This document shows positions 26,998 through 47,500 of a DNA stretch of 64,000 bases, in pieces. Made by a program: the position numbers and the translations under genes. Under the pieces are notes generated by a model that saw only the letters and a list, made by a program, of their open reading frames with translations, ran no database searches and had not been told where the DNA came from. How positions within the stretch are numbered: the stretch's first letter is position 1; each line of letters opens with the position of its first letter. Source of the stretch: Dicyema japonicum (lineage: Eukaryota > Animalia > Dicyemida); contig RDEW01000002.1 of NCBI GenBank assembly GCA_011109175.1, forward strand, positions 1,182,676 to 1,246,675, read 5' to 3'.

Positions 26998-27955
26998 TTT
27001 ATATTATTTACTTTCACATTATTATATTAAATTTTGGTTAATTCATTTTGTCATGTTGGCGACTCTTAGGGATTGTTTATCTGGGTCACTTGCTCTGAAG
27101 AAAATTGCCTACATTTGTAACAACCAGACTTAACTTATTTCCCTTACCAAGCAACTTTGCTTGGTAGTGACTACGGGACGAGCGCCAAGCTACCGTTCCT
27201 GATTTTCCCAGATTTAAGGAATGTTAAATCTTTAATTTCATTTTGATCTCTCAATGTGTATGAATAAATATAGAAACATAATTTGACGTTCATTATATCA
27301 CATATGCATGATTATAGTGTACACAAGTGACAAAACCAAAGGTTTATATATAAATTATGTATTATGGTGTAATTCACTGTTCAACCAAAGTGACAATATG
27401 ATTAACCCTCAAGAGATTTTTCATACTAAGATATCAGTTAAATACGACAAATAGTAGAAAGGATTGATCAGACTCACCTAGGTTGAAGAATGTAGACTCT
27501 CAACAACTTTTGGTGGAGTCTGTCTCCGTTCAGCTCTTTGTGTTGCGTTTCCTTATTAGTTATTGTTTTCTGTCTGAGATCTTATTCAATACCCAAGATC
27601 TTATTTCGACAAAACAATCTACGAAACTCGGTCTGTGGGAGGAACGTGGTTTGACTTGGTCTAAACAATCGTGGGCTATTTGTAGATCTCTTATGCGAAC
27701 TAAAAAGGAATCTTAATTAGAAGTGCCTCGTATGTTTCGACTTTCCTACACCGAGGACATAGAATGTTAGCTCGACCCTACAATCTATCGATATTCCGAA
27801 GGATAACGGTTTCTTTCCATTTATCAATCCATTCGAATATTGACTATGGAGACACAAAGAGCCCTAAAAAGATTACGGTCTTCCATTTTGCATAAGGGAG
27901 AATCTCTCAGCGTTTTCGTCTCCATCGCAAACAATGCCAAATAATTAATGTGAAT

Positions 27956-28546
27956 GTCGCTGTGGAGGGATCGTCGATGCCAAAGGGCTGCACCCGCTCT
28001 CGTGCAAAAGGAGTGCGGGCAGAGCACCCCGCCATGCTGCTATGAACAACATTGTCTTGCGAGCTCTTGAAGCGGCAGGCTTCCCGGCAGTATTGGAACC
28101 TGTGGGATTGGACCGCGGAGATGGGAAAAGACCGGATGGGTTAACTGTCTTTCCGTTCACTGAGGGAAAATCGCTCGTATGGGACTGCACTGTTGTGGAT
28201 TCTTTCTCGAACTCGATGATGCTCAGCTCGGCGCAGTCTGCTGGATCGGCAGCCGATCTGGCCGAAAAAATCAAGATTAAAAAATATGGCGAAATTGGAG
28301 ACCGCTACCGTTTTGTACCGATAGCAATCGAGACGTCTGGTGCGGCTGGAAGTATTACAGCCTCTTTCCTAAAGGAAATCGGGGGGAAAATTGGCCCACC
28401 GCAAGAAAGACGTGCGGGAAGCGGTCTGGCTGAGGCAAAGAATTGGTATCGCTGTTATTCGCGGAAACGCTTACTCCGTGATGTCAGCAGCCGCTCTTCC
28501 TCATAGTTAATAAATAATATTTTATTGTTAATAAATTTTTGTTTAT

Positions 28547-28570
<24 letters not shown>
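27956..28570 (+). mobile_element. Young 5'-truncated CRE-like insertion with poly(A) and TSD
   Basis: RLE domain EPVGLDRGDGKRPDGLTVFPF..LVWDCT; A26 tail; TSD AATTAATGTGAAT at 27943-27955 and 28571-28583. Confidence 0.92.
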
Positions 28571-28577
<7 letters not shown>

Positions 28578-28949
28578 GTGAATAAACTTTTGTAATTATA
28601 TCTGATCACAACAAAATGAAATTCCCGAATGATCACACAACAGTTCACAATTTAAGACAATTTAGTGATTGTAAATAAAAGTAGTTCCTTAAGTGAGTTA
28701 ATTACAAAATACTAAATCATGGCATTTGTCGAAAAGTATAGTGATTCTTCTGACCAAAAGCTGAAAAAACCATAAAGTTGGCTTGTATGGAAAATCTCCC
28801 CCATTACAGCAGTATTTAAGATTATTTTCTTTCCTATTTGAATAATTTTGCACTCGCTACTCGTTGTGGTCGTTGTGGTGCTAAGTGAAAAGAAGAAAAA
28901 AGAAAAGGAAAATCAGAAAGAAGAGCAGCAATCTGCTAAATAAGATGAG

Positions 28950-31100
28950 GACGTAATTAACCGTGTTTCCAGAACATCTCTTCCCTGCCTAATCTGTGGC
29001 AAATCAAACGAGAGGAAATTCGGCATTCAATGCACCCGTTGCCTCAATTTTGGACACCTTGAGTGCTATAAGCTAACAAGAAGGACCGCATACTCTCTGC
29101 CAAACTGGTCATGCCCCCATGAAAGATCTTATTTCTTCCACAACCGCCGAAGTGGGGAACTCCCTCATTAACTCAATAAAAACCCTCACAGACCGCATTC
29201 TTCGGGCCGATATTCTCCGACTATGCCAGAGGATTCTTTTCTACTTCAAAACTGATTGCCTTCAGAAAGCCTTGTGGTATGTTAAGACCATCGCTATAGG
29301 CAACTTATTAAGGTGCCTTACGGCGAAGATTGCTGTCAGAACAGCGAGCAAGACTTTAAGTCCCCAACTGTGCCCGACTCTACGAATGCTATAATAGTCA
29401 AACTGGACATACGCAATGCTTTCTATAGCATTCGCTAAGACAGAATCATAGAAGCTAGCATCTCCAGGATCTCGGAAATTAGCAGGATGGTGAAACTTGC
29501 ATACGGCACCCTATGTACCCTGATATTCAGGCAACACATCATCGAATCCAAGACCAAAGTTCAACAAAGGTGACCCTCTTGGCCACCTGTTCTTCGCCTT
29601 GGGTTGACTGTTCAGCATCGACGATGCGAACTCCATTGAACCTATGGTATCTGAACGACGCGACCATCGGAGATAATTGGGAACTTGTGGTGGCGGAAGT
29701 CGAGTTTGTCATCTCTGCACTTGCGGCACTAGGGTTGGAACCGAACCCATATAAATGTGAATTATAAACGTTTCTTGCGGAGAGAAGACTTCTGCCGTGC
29801 AGTGGCCGCTATTTCTGCTCAACTCCGCGATGTCTCGGTTACCAAACTTGAAAATGCAATTTTTCTTGGCTCTCCCCTACACTGAAATAATGTGTCAACT
29901 CTCGTGGAGGAAAAAATACATCACTCCAACAATTCAAATTAAATTTACAAACTTTGGACTTCCACATGGCTTTGTTTTTCCTCAGGAATTTCCACCTCAC
30001 GTAACGACTCCTTTTTCTTCTACGGACAGCCCCATGTTTCACGGATATGAACTTTTTAAGAGCCATCGACGAGAAGCTGAGGACTGCCGTTGAAGAAACA
30101 CTCAACATTTCTTTTGATAAAACTGGTTGGATCCAATGCAAACTACCTCCTCGCTACGGAAGAATCGGAATACGCCCACCACTAGAACTCGCCCTCCCGG
30201 CCTTACTTTCTTCGACATATGCTTCCAGTGGTCTCACACGCCAGATCCTACGCTACATTAACGGATCGAAAGTTGAATCAGTTGTATGCGTGGCTCGGGA
30301 AGTCTGGACACGACTGTGTGTTGGATTCCCGAAGAACGCTAATAAACAACGGGAATCGGACAAGCTTTTATGCTCAAAGATCATAGAAGAGATAAAACCT
30401 GTGCTTGATCAGTATCGTCTTGCTTGTCTGGCTTTTGCATCGAGTGGAGCCTGGCTCAGAGCATAACCATGTACCTCACTTGAGACACTATTGGATGACG
30501 ACACTACGAGGATTGTGGTTTCCGTCCGCCTCTGAATGTAAATGTGCACGACCCATCGGTGTAGATGTGGAGGAATGGTCAACACGAAACATCTTCACGC
30601 TCTTTCCGCTGGAGGAGTGCTGGAAGGAGTCCTAGACATGCCTCAATCAATGGAGTCATTGTTTAGGGACTTGAGTCTGCCGGATTTCCTGTCCAATTTG
30701 AGCCACTTGGACTTGCTCAAGCCAACTGAAAACTGGACGGAACCACTCTCTTCCCATGGGAGAGTAGTAAATACATTTCTTGGGACGTCACATGTGTCAA
30801 TAGTCTCTTTCCCTCCAACATTTCAACGACAGCAACTGACCATGCTCAGCTTCGGAGAAGATAGAGACTCTAAAGATAAAAAATACGCATGTTTTAGAGA
30901 ACAATTCATCTTCGAACCAGTGGTAGTCTAAACGACAGGAATAATTGGAAGCAGGTCACTGACGTTGCTAAACAGGATAGGCTCACTCATCGCGATTAAG
31001 AAAAACGATAGGAAAGAAAGGAGCTGCTCATTGAGGGCATTTCCATGCAAATCGTAAGGGGAAATGCGCTTTCAATATGAGATCAGGCAGCAGTTGCTAA
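28950..31100 (+). mobile_element. CRE-like retrotransposon, internally deleted, with N-terminal PHD finger
   Basis: PHD-type finger 28986-29120; RT (IAIGNLLRCLTAK, QQGDPL, WYLNDATIG); SGAWL; RLE C-terminus. Confidence 0.85.
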
Positions 31101-31139
31101 CTGTTAGTTTTTTTAACTCCGATACACCAAGAAAGAAGT

Positions 31140-31410
31140 TAAAGTAAACAACTAATTAAGTGTATCCAGTTTCCACTTCTACAGAAACAGAGTCCATCCG
31201 GAATAAGACGTCCATTACATGCAGTTGTGGAAACCCCTCCAGTGGAGTGGGGGAGAGCAAATGATCTTTTTTCGTGCCGGCCTGGCACTGGGAGCCACCT
31301 AGACGTGGATCACATGACGCCACTCTAATAGGAAGAGAGAGCAGGAACAGACAAAGAAGCAGAAAACTTCAACCAATTAACCACGCAGCACCACATGGCG
31401 CCACGTGCTA
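31140..31410 (-). mobile_element. Short non-coding interspersed element (same family as 23885-24160)
   Basis: Direct sequence similarity over ~270 nt. Confidence 0.8.
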
Positions 31411-32149
31411 ATAGTTTTTGTGTTATAATAAATTGTTTTTAATTAAAAAAAGTTTCTAAAACCAACAATGGAATACGTTTGTGTTTCGCGGACCTCCTCC
31501 CTATCTACCTTCGACAATGACAGAAATTATGTCTCTGAAATAGTGATCGTATAATGTGCTACCTTTAAGACATTAATAATTAATATATTCTGTTTGCTGA
31601 CCTATTTACTGATATTGTCCATCATTAATTCTATGTCTAATTCCTTGCATGAACTAATAATTGATTTTGAAAACACTAATATTGACTCTGGAAGAAAGAC
31701 AGTAAGGGAGGTTGACGATCACATACTCCCATTTACTTAAATAGTGGTTTTATAGGTCCAGTTCTCATTATCCAAGTGAACATTTATCCCCTCATTACTT
31801 TATATTTAGACTCTCTGGCTCGATGCTCTTCCCTCGATCCTACACAAGCTCGTTGGGGTCGGGTTTTCTTCTGATCACATTGGATCAGGCCTCCTCCATT
31901 ATTCCTTTGGATTAGGACCCCCGGCATCTTATTCTTTTTGTCCGTAGACCAGTTCTCTGTCACTCAGAAACCCTTTTTGTGTAGCCGCGATTTTCTGAAC
32001 AATAGTCAATGGTCTCCATATAAAATGCATTGCTCAAAGAATTGAGAGTAAAGCGTTTTTAGTTCCCGATTTTCCATAGTCCCGTTAGGCTTTTTTCCCA
32101 ATTTTTTGTTATTTTGATTACTTACACGTTTTTTACATTTCCTAAATAT

Positions 32150-32440
32150 TTAGCGCAGTGTAGCGGTTGCCGGCAAGAGGCTTGAAGGTCCCGTCCCTAG
32201 TTCAAATTCTGATGCTGTACATTTCGGCTTAAGGTTCTATGCATCTCAATGCTTAGGCCTGACGAGTGACGCCGTCAGCAGTGAACATCTCCCTGCGGAA
32301 CCTGATCGTCTATATAGACACAACAAAAAAAGTGATGAGCATTCCTTGGTGTTAATTATGATAACTGTTCTTTACTTAAATAAAGTGTGTGTCCTGCCTG
32401 AGCGGAGCTATAGCTAATATGACTCTGCGCATAAGTGCAG
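32150..32440 (+). mobile_element. tRNA-derived SINE, family A
   Basis: A-box TAGCGCAGTG, B-box GTTCAAAT, shared core, 3' GCGGAGCTATA..TATGACTCT tail. Confidence 0.8.
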
Positions 32441-32756
32441 TTGATTAGTTAAAGTATGTCCTCTCTATATCTCAGTGAAGGAGAAATTCCTTGAAATTCT
32501 GAACAAGATAGAACTATTGTGGAACATTAAGTGAGGAAATGTATTAGAATTAAGTATAAAACAGACCCAGGAACGGGACCTATGCGTTCGTGCTTTAACT
32601 ACGAAGCAAACCGTAATATGGTTGCTAGGTAATTCTCAACAAGCAACACATGAAAAACACTGTGAAATCTAAAAAACTAAATTTTGGATAAATAATGTAA
32701 AGATTTATAAATGGAAACGCGGTTATATTGAAATACCCATGAGGAGTATATTATGA

Positions 32757-33758
32757 TTAGTTTCTGATACCACGTTTATTCCAATGTAGACATTGATTCA
32801 ATCCAGAGTAAAACTCATAGTCAGAATTGAAGGAGACACATGGAATAGGGTTAATTGACCTACAAACAGATATTCTAAAATAAATAAAAATAAAGCCTCT
32901 GTCCTGAGGAGAGATAACAAACATTAACCCCATCAATGTTAATCTGAACGTGATCAATTGGTTCCAACTAATAAATAAAAAATAAAATTACAGTAATATT
33001 AGAATGTAGTGGAACAATCAGTGGTCTGAATGACAAAGAATGTGAACAAATAGGACAAATGACAATTCCTGAGACAGAAGGATGAAGTAAGGATGATCCA
33101 GCAGCAGCAGCATAAGCAGTACTACCAGTGGATGTAGAGATAATAACACCTAATAATAAATATAATAAAACCATCTCCCTCCACAGTGGTTAAGTGAATA
33201 TCATCAACATAAATATTAACTTTGCACATTCTAAAGTACTTATTACATGTTCTAATGGCAACAACATCATTCATTGCCTTAATATTTAATTACAACAACA
33301 GTTAATATTGAGTCTACTTTAGTTATTTCACAAAATAATCTTTCTCTGTTTAATATTTTGTAATCCCCTATTTTAATAATATTTATACCTTTAAACACAT
33401 TCTCTATTATATTTCTATATTCTTTGAATGAATGAGGAGTCAGAAACCCCATTGTCCCCAAATTAAACGGAATTGTTAATGGCATTGCAAGTGGAAACAG
33501 TGAAGAGGCATGCATTAATGTTCCGTCTCCACCAAGAGTTACTATTAAATCCACTTGTTTGTCTGATGAATATACTCTTAATTTATCAGTTATAGATTTA
33601 TCACTAAATTCAGTCTTTTCAGCATAAACTGTAATATTTTCATTCTATTAATTAGTCAAAACTACCTTCATAAGCCACCATATGATTTCATTAAATTCAT
33701 TCATTAAATCCGCATCAATCTTTTTAATAACTAATACTCGAGAAATACGAGACAACAT
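32757..33758 (-). CDS. NADK: NAD kinase
   Basis: [36 protein letters not shown]|[37 protein letters not shown]. Micro-introns include a GC-AG intron at 32875-32896. Confidence 0.95.
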
Positions 33759-34037
33759 TAAACACCTGCTTTTATTATAGTCATTTAATTTTTAAATTTT
33801 TATTTTTGAATTTATTAATTTTAATAAAAATTATCTTTTTGAATGTCCATCTACCACAACAAAAGTCCATTTGTCGGCTCTCGTTGGTTTCCTACATGTT
33901 AGTGAGGCTGGGATAACTTACTAACTAATAGTGATACAGAAAAAGACATCAAAATGACCTATATAGTTTTTATTGTGAACCAAGTGACCTTATGAAAAGT
34001 ATAAAAATAATAATAAAACCAAATGAACAAGAGTAAA

Positions 34038-41786
<7,749 letters not shown>

Positions 41787-41895
41787 ACAACAAACACTGT
41801 TACAATGAGTATTTCAATTTTTAATTTTTTAATTTTAATAATTCTTAACATAATTAATTAATATTTTGTATTACTTTATTTCAACAAATTTATTC

Positions 41896-43333
41896 ATTTA
41901 ACAGAAGCCCTGACTTCCTTTTTGAAAAAATCGCTACACTACTAAATGAAATGTTTTCAACAAACTCAACTTTGCCCCTGGGAACGGGATTACTAATACC
42001 TATACAAAAACCCAATAAACCCAAAGGACCGGTTGAAAACTTACGACCTATTAGCTTATCAAATTCTAGACGGAAAGTCTTAGCTAACATTGTATTGGAA
42101 CGAATAAAAGGACCCGCCTATGAATACCTACCCGAAAGTCAAAGTGGGTTCAGAGAAGGAAGATCAACAGCTGATGAAGTCTGGAGTCACAGATGGAAAT
42201 GTGCAACACATCAAAGATATTGCGATGTCATTCACATTCTGGGAATAGATCTATCAAAAGCCTTTGACTCGGTTAACCGGAAAAAATTGATGACAGTGCT
42301 GGAAGGGTTTATTGACGAATCGAGTCTAAAAATGATTCAAATCCTTCTATCTAACACAGAACTCCTTGTGAGAGTTGGAAAAACCTACTCAAGAAAATTT
42401 GAAACAAACACAGGCACTCCTTATGGAGACTCCCTCTCTCCCTAACTATTCACAATATACTTGGAGGCCGCTATGAGGGAACTGAGACCATTATATCAAG
42501 GAAAAAATAGAAGTAATTTATGCTGATGATGTCGACCTAATTTCTGAAGACAAAGAACTCCTGGAGCATGTACTAGAAAAAGCACCAGATATACTTGAGA
42601 AATGGTTTCTCACCGTGAACAGGGAAAAAAACAGAACGGACAGAGATAAGACGAATGAACAACTCACTCGAAGAAAAATGGAGACACATAAAGAAACTTG
42701 GCTCACTACTAAGAGATAGCGAAGACATCATACGGAGAAAAACATTGGCAAATGCGGCATTACAAAGGCTTAAAAATCTTTGGCTAAAACGGAAAGGATA
42801 TAACATAAAACAAAAGATTATGTTATACGACACTTTCATCAAACCAATTCTACTATACAACTCTTGGACCTGGGCCACCTCTAAAGAGGAATTAGAGAGG
42901 CTAGACTCATTTCACAGGAATCATCTAAGAAACATAACTGGAATGTCCTGGCCATCCAAGATCTCGCGGAATGGACTGTACAATAAGTGTGACTGTATAC
43001 CATTAAGCCACGAGATCATTAGCTCTCGTTGGAGACTTTTTGGACACGTCTTGAGGTTGGACCCGATATCCCTCCGAATATCGCAATGGAAGATTATTAC
43101 TGCTCCAATGTAAAACGCTTTCGTGGGAGACCGAGAACTACCCTCCCAGTCGTTTTACAAACGATCTGAAAGCCGTGAAGAAAACATTGGCATCTGGTGA
43201 CGATCTGGACTCACTGAGGGACCTAGCAAAGAACAGAAGAGCTTGGAGCAACCTAACTAATTCTCTTATATTTTTTGCTGCACATGTGGGGCTATAAATA
43301 TTATGGCTCTCGTGAAAGTGCTAATAATAATAA
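41896..43333 (+). mobile_element. RTE-like LINE, 5'-truncated
   Basis: RT motifs NLRPISL, QSGFR, IDLSKAFDSV, GDSLSP, YADD; C-terminal LLYNSWTW, RWRLFGHVLRL, GRPRTT; (TAA)n tail; possible decayed TSD AATTTATTC. Confidence 0.9.
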
Positions 43334-43384
43334 GGAATTTATTCTTTTTTTAAGTTGATTTGCGTTTTCTAATAGTTTCCTATT

Positions 43385-43590
43385 GACATTCTTAGCTGAA
43401 CGCAACTTCTGATGACATCGAGCCGAATTTCGTAGGTTCGAATCCGAAAAGATGAACTTTTCACTAAAGGTAAATGTTCGTCAACCGACTCCCACCCACG
43501 AAGTGACTAGTCCTTCTGACACGACACAGTTGTTGAAAGGGATTCTCCTAGCTTCTTCCTGAACAACTCTACTGGTGAAGATTACCATTA
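43385..43590 (+). mobile_element. tRNA-derived SINE, family B
   Basis: B-box GGTTCGAATCC; colinear similarity with 62010-62133 (minus). Confidence 0.7.
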
Positions 43591-44856
43591 TGAAAAGTTT
43601 CGTTTAAGAATAAAGTGAGGTCCTCGATTCTAAATGATGTCTATTACTTCCATTTTTAACAAATATATTTTGATATTAAAACAAGCATTTAATAAACATT
43701 ATCATTTCTTTGGCTAACACTGATAGTACTTTCTGTTACTTTCAGAAACAAGATTTATAGAGTACACGGATCGCATTGACGAATGGTACAAGAGGTTTAA
43801 ACCAATTTAATATGAAAACTAACACAATACCCATATTTCCAGCTTAAATACTTCCTCCATTGGAATCACACGTTATGTGGTGTTAAAAAAATTCTATCTT
43901 ATTCACTAACCTAGCAGTGTTGTCCGAACCATAGATGGGATTACAATAAAATAGAAACGAGGAAGAAAGTTTTTAGGCTCTCCACATTTTTATAATATAT
44001 TCTAATTATTGAATTTAAACTAATAAAATTAAAAGTCCAACTCATTTTTTATAGAATATTCTATCTCATAAGCAGGTACACTAAAATCTCGAATCCGTCT
44101 CAATTTTCAATCGAAATTTTCGTAATTTTTATATTTTTTATTCGCATTATGATTAAACGTTTTATTTTCATTGTTGTTAGTTATGAAACAGAAGATTGAA
44201 AAATTCTAAAAGCTAGAAATCATGAAATTTATGCAGTATGCTCTGTGTTTGGGATTCTTTTAGTATTTTGCAGATAATCAAATTATTACGCTTCTTACGT
44301 ATCATATGGTTTCCCTGTTCAATACTATACTCGTGGAAATGACATTTACTATTAATTATTCGTATTAAAGTATTTATAGTTTCATGAGTTCAACCGATAA
44401 ATTTTCGTGACGAATTGATTCTGCGTTAAATACAATTGATAAAACTCGTATTTAAACCACACAGGGATCATAAGACTCAAATTTACTTATTTTTTTAGTG
44501 CCAGATCGTTTATAACAAAAAGGAAAAACTATATTCGATAATATTTAAGACTGATTAAGTGACGTGGGTTGCTTATTAATTTATTTACTGTGGAAGTTCA
44601 TTTCATATTGAATATAAAACTAATAACTTTAAAGGAAGAAATATAAGTATTTGACTGAACCTCAAGGGTTCTCGTCCTAGACATTGATTTGTTAAAAAAT
44701 TAAACACCTAGCAGGAATGCGGTATACCTTTTAACGAAATAGTGGTTTTTATTTTTGGGGTATATTCTGGTCTCCTACCTATCACAATTGAAGAGTAAAT
44801 AAAATTATTTCATATTAGTATTGTGAATGAAGGAATAAAAATCTGAAAATAATGAA

Positions 44857-45105
44857 TCATAATGTGATTAGTGAGACAAATGAGTGAATATGCTGAGGTA
44901 CGTAGTAAAAGAAAGCACCAAATAGTATGACAACAAAAATAATTACAATAGAATCTAATAATAATATATTAATACTTATTAATAGTCTCTCGTAGGGATC
45001 TATCATCTCTTGGCAGGTTAAACAGTAATATTCACGATATATTATTATTAACCATTTTGTTAACAGGTTATTCCCATTTCTAATATTTTTTGAAACTCTG
45101 ACCAT
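44857..45105 (-). CDS. SPTSSA: Serine palmitoyltransferase small subunit (SPTSSA/B-like)
   Basis: YREYYCLTCQEMIDPYERLLI|NSIV...YYVPQHI matches YYQYLLVTALYMLEPWERTVFNSML...FMPQHI once a 21-nt intron (44955-44975) is removed. Confidence 0.8.
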   Translation of the reverse strand: MVRVSKNIRNGNNLLTKWLIIIYREYYCLTCQEMIDPYERLLISINILLLDSIVIIFVVILFGAFFYYVPQHIHSFVSLITL

Positions 45106-45204
45106 TCACAGATAAATCACACGAAAATGTTAAATTTTAAATATTTTCTAATTAAATTATGTTAATTAACATTTTATATTTCTTTATTTTATAACGAATC
45201 TACG

Positions 45205-47500
45205 TTGATAGTTTTAAAAATTGATCTTATTAATGGGTCAGAACATCTTATTTTAATCAACATTTACATTCCACCGCCGGGATCCTGTCCTAATAACTAT
45301 GTTCCGAAGCTCGACAAACTACAAGAAATTCGAAATGTGTTACTATGTGGGGATTTCAACGCCAAACATCCGCAATGGCTCAGTACCCAGTCGGCAGACA
45401 AGAGGGGGAGTCTAATTATCGACTCTCTCGAAAAATGGTGATTCTGGATCACCCGAACATCTTCACAAGGACACCTCCGAAAAATGACAACCCAACCTCC
45501 CCCGACATATCCATTGCTTCCTCTAGGATTGCCTCGAAGATTTCATGGAACGTCTCCTACGATTTTCAAAGTGATTATAATACGATTATAATAAAACTGA
45601 GCCGATTCAATAACTCACGTAGAATTAAAGCAACCTTCAAGGTCTACAAGAAAGCTGACTGGTCGAATTTCAAGCTCTTCATTGACATAACCTAATACAC
45701 TTTTGATCCCACCTCATTTTGCTCCATCGACAAAGCAGTGACCATCTAAACCATGTAATCCTTCAAACTGAAAAGTTGTTTGTACCACGTGCAGTTTACA
45801 AATCCTACAAGCCTACTCTGGACTCGGAGACTCGTCTCCTCATCAAACAAAGAAACTCCCTGAAGATGAATCATCTGCAAACCTCTTCTGATTTGGAAAA
45901 TTTAAAATGCTTAAATCAGAGAATTACAAAGCTCATCAGAGATAAGAAAGATAGGGCGTGGAACCGCCTATTATCATCTATTGGACATATGAAATCCACG
46001 AGTTTTTTATGGAAAACTATTCGTCGAATCAAGCTAAACTTATCAGATGAATCAGAATCTTTTTCTGCTCCAAATACTGTGCAAGCTAACAACCTAATAA
46101 AATATTACGCATCCATAAGTCACAAGGACTTCTCGAAATCCCATTCTTGTCACCTTCAGAATTTAGTGCCTAAACCAACTTCGTGGATCAATTTATTTAC
46201 GCATGCCGAGGTCACAGGTTATAAGATCGATGAAGAGATCTTATACGTGTGGTCCTGACGGCATTCCGGGAATTTTGCTAAAACACCTTGGTAATGTTGC
46301 AATCAATTCGATTACGTCAATTTTTAATTTGTCTTCTAAAGTCATCCCATGCAAATGGAAGAACTCACTTATAATACCATCCTAAAACCAGGAAAACCGA
46401 AAACCTTACTTTTCCTACCGTCCAATTCATTAACGTACGCATTATCGCGCCTAATGGAGAAACTCGTACTCTGGAAACTTAAACCCCATTTGCCCGACTG
46501 CCACGACTGCGTTCAACTACGACACATTTGACTTCACTGTCTCAATTTATATCAGAAGGGTTTAACGTACCGAAACGCCATCTACGGACAATAGGTTTCC
46601 CTGGATATCCAGAAGGCGTTCGATTCTGTCTCGAGAACATTACTCACGAAAAAGGTTTTTGACACCACCATTCAGCGACTTTAAAAAGATGGGTAGCCAA
46701 TTTTCTCTCCGTGAGAAGAGGACGTGTCTGTATAGGCCACGCAAGACCGAGGTCCCGTCTCCTACCAAATGTCGTCCTCAAGGATCGCCCCTCTCTCCGG
46801 CGTTATTCAACTTATTCCTCAACGATTTACCCTGACCTGGAGGACCAGATTCAATGCTTCTCACTTATGCTGACGACCTAATCATCGCTAGCATGAACAA
46901 ATACGTGGGTACAGCAAAATCAGAGCTTCAGTCACATATTGACGACCTGGGAGCCTGGTTGAAGTTGAATCGCTCTCCATATCCAGAGATAAATTAACGT
47001 ATACAATCTTCACCACGGACACAAAAGAAAAACATACACTGGATTTGAACATTTATGGAGACTCCTTACCATTACAGATTCGTCTAACTATCCTGGGAGT
47101 GACATTTGACCCTTTAATGACATTTTCTCAACATGTGAAGAACGTTATGACAAAGGGTCTCAGGAAACTAAATATAATCAAACCGCTCTTAAAGTCCAGG
47201 CTGTCACGGGAATGCGTTGTCGTCTTGTTCAATCAACTTCTAAAACCGACGGTAGAGTATGCTTGTGCCTCATGAGCCTATGGAGCTTCAATATTAATTC
47301 ATTCAAAATCAACTCCCTAACAAGCAAACTGGCACGTCTAACAAATCTACCCCCCTCCCGATCTTTTCCCTCCAATACTTGACCACGCCGCAATCAAAAA
47401 TAGTGGCTCCGGCTTTATCGGTCTGTGTGGCCAAGAAACAAGTCGCTTCTTTTATTCAAGGCTAGAGGCCTCAAATACACGAAATTTGGGGAAAAAACCC
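45205..47500 (+). mobile_element. APE-RT LINE, degraded (same family as 14255)
   Basis: NIYIPP, CGDFNAKH, SPDISI, GPDGIP, LDIQKAFDSV, QGSPLSP, YADD, LGVTFD. Confidence 0.9.

Noticed and set aside
32258-32302. Hammerhead ribozyme from CTGACGA in the SINE A core
   Set aside because: The stem is not followed by GAAA (GGAAC lies further on), stems I/III are not evident, and other copies lack the exact core.
43409-43450. CTGATGA...CGAAA hammerhead in SINE B
   Set aside because: No closing stem II pairing; better explained as tRNA anticodon and T arms.
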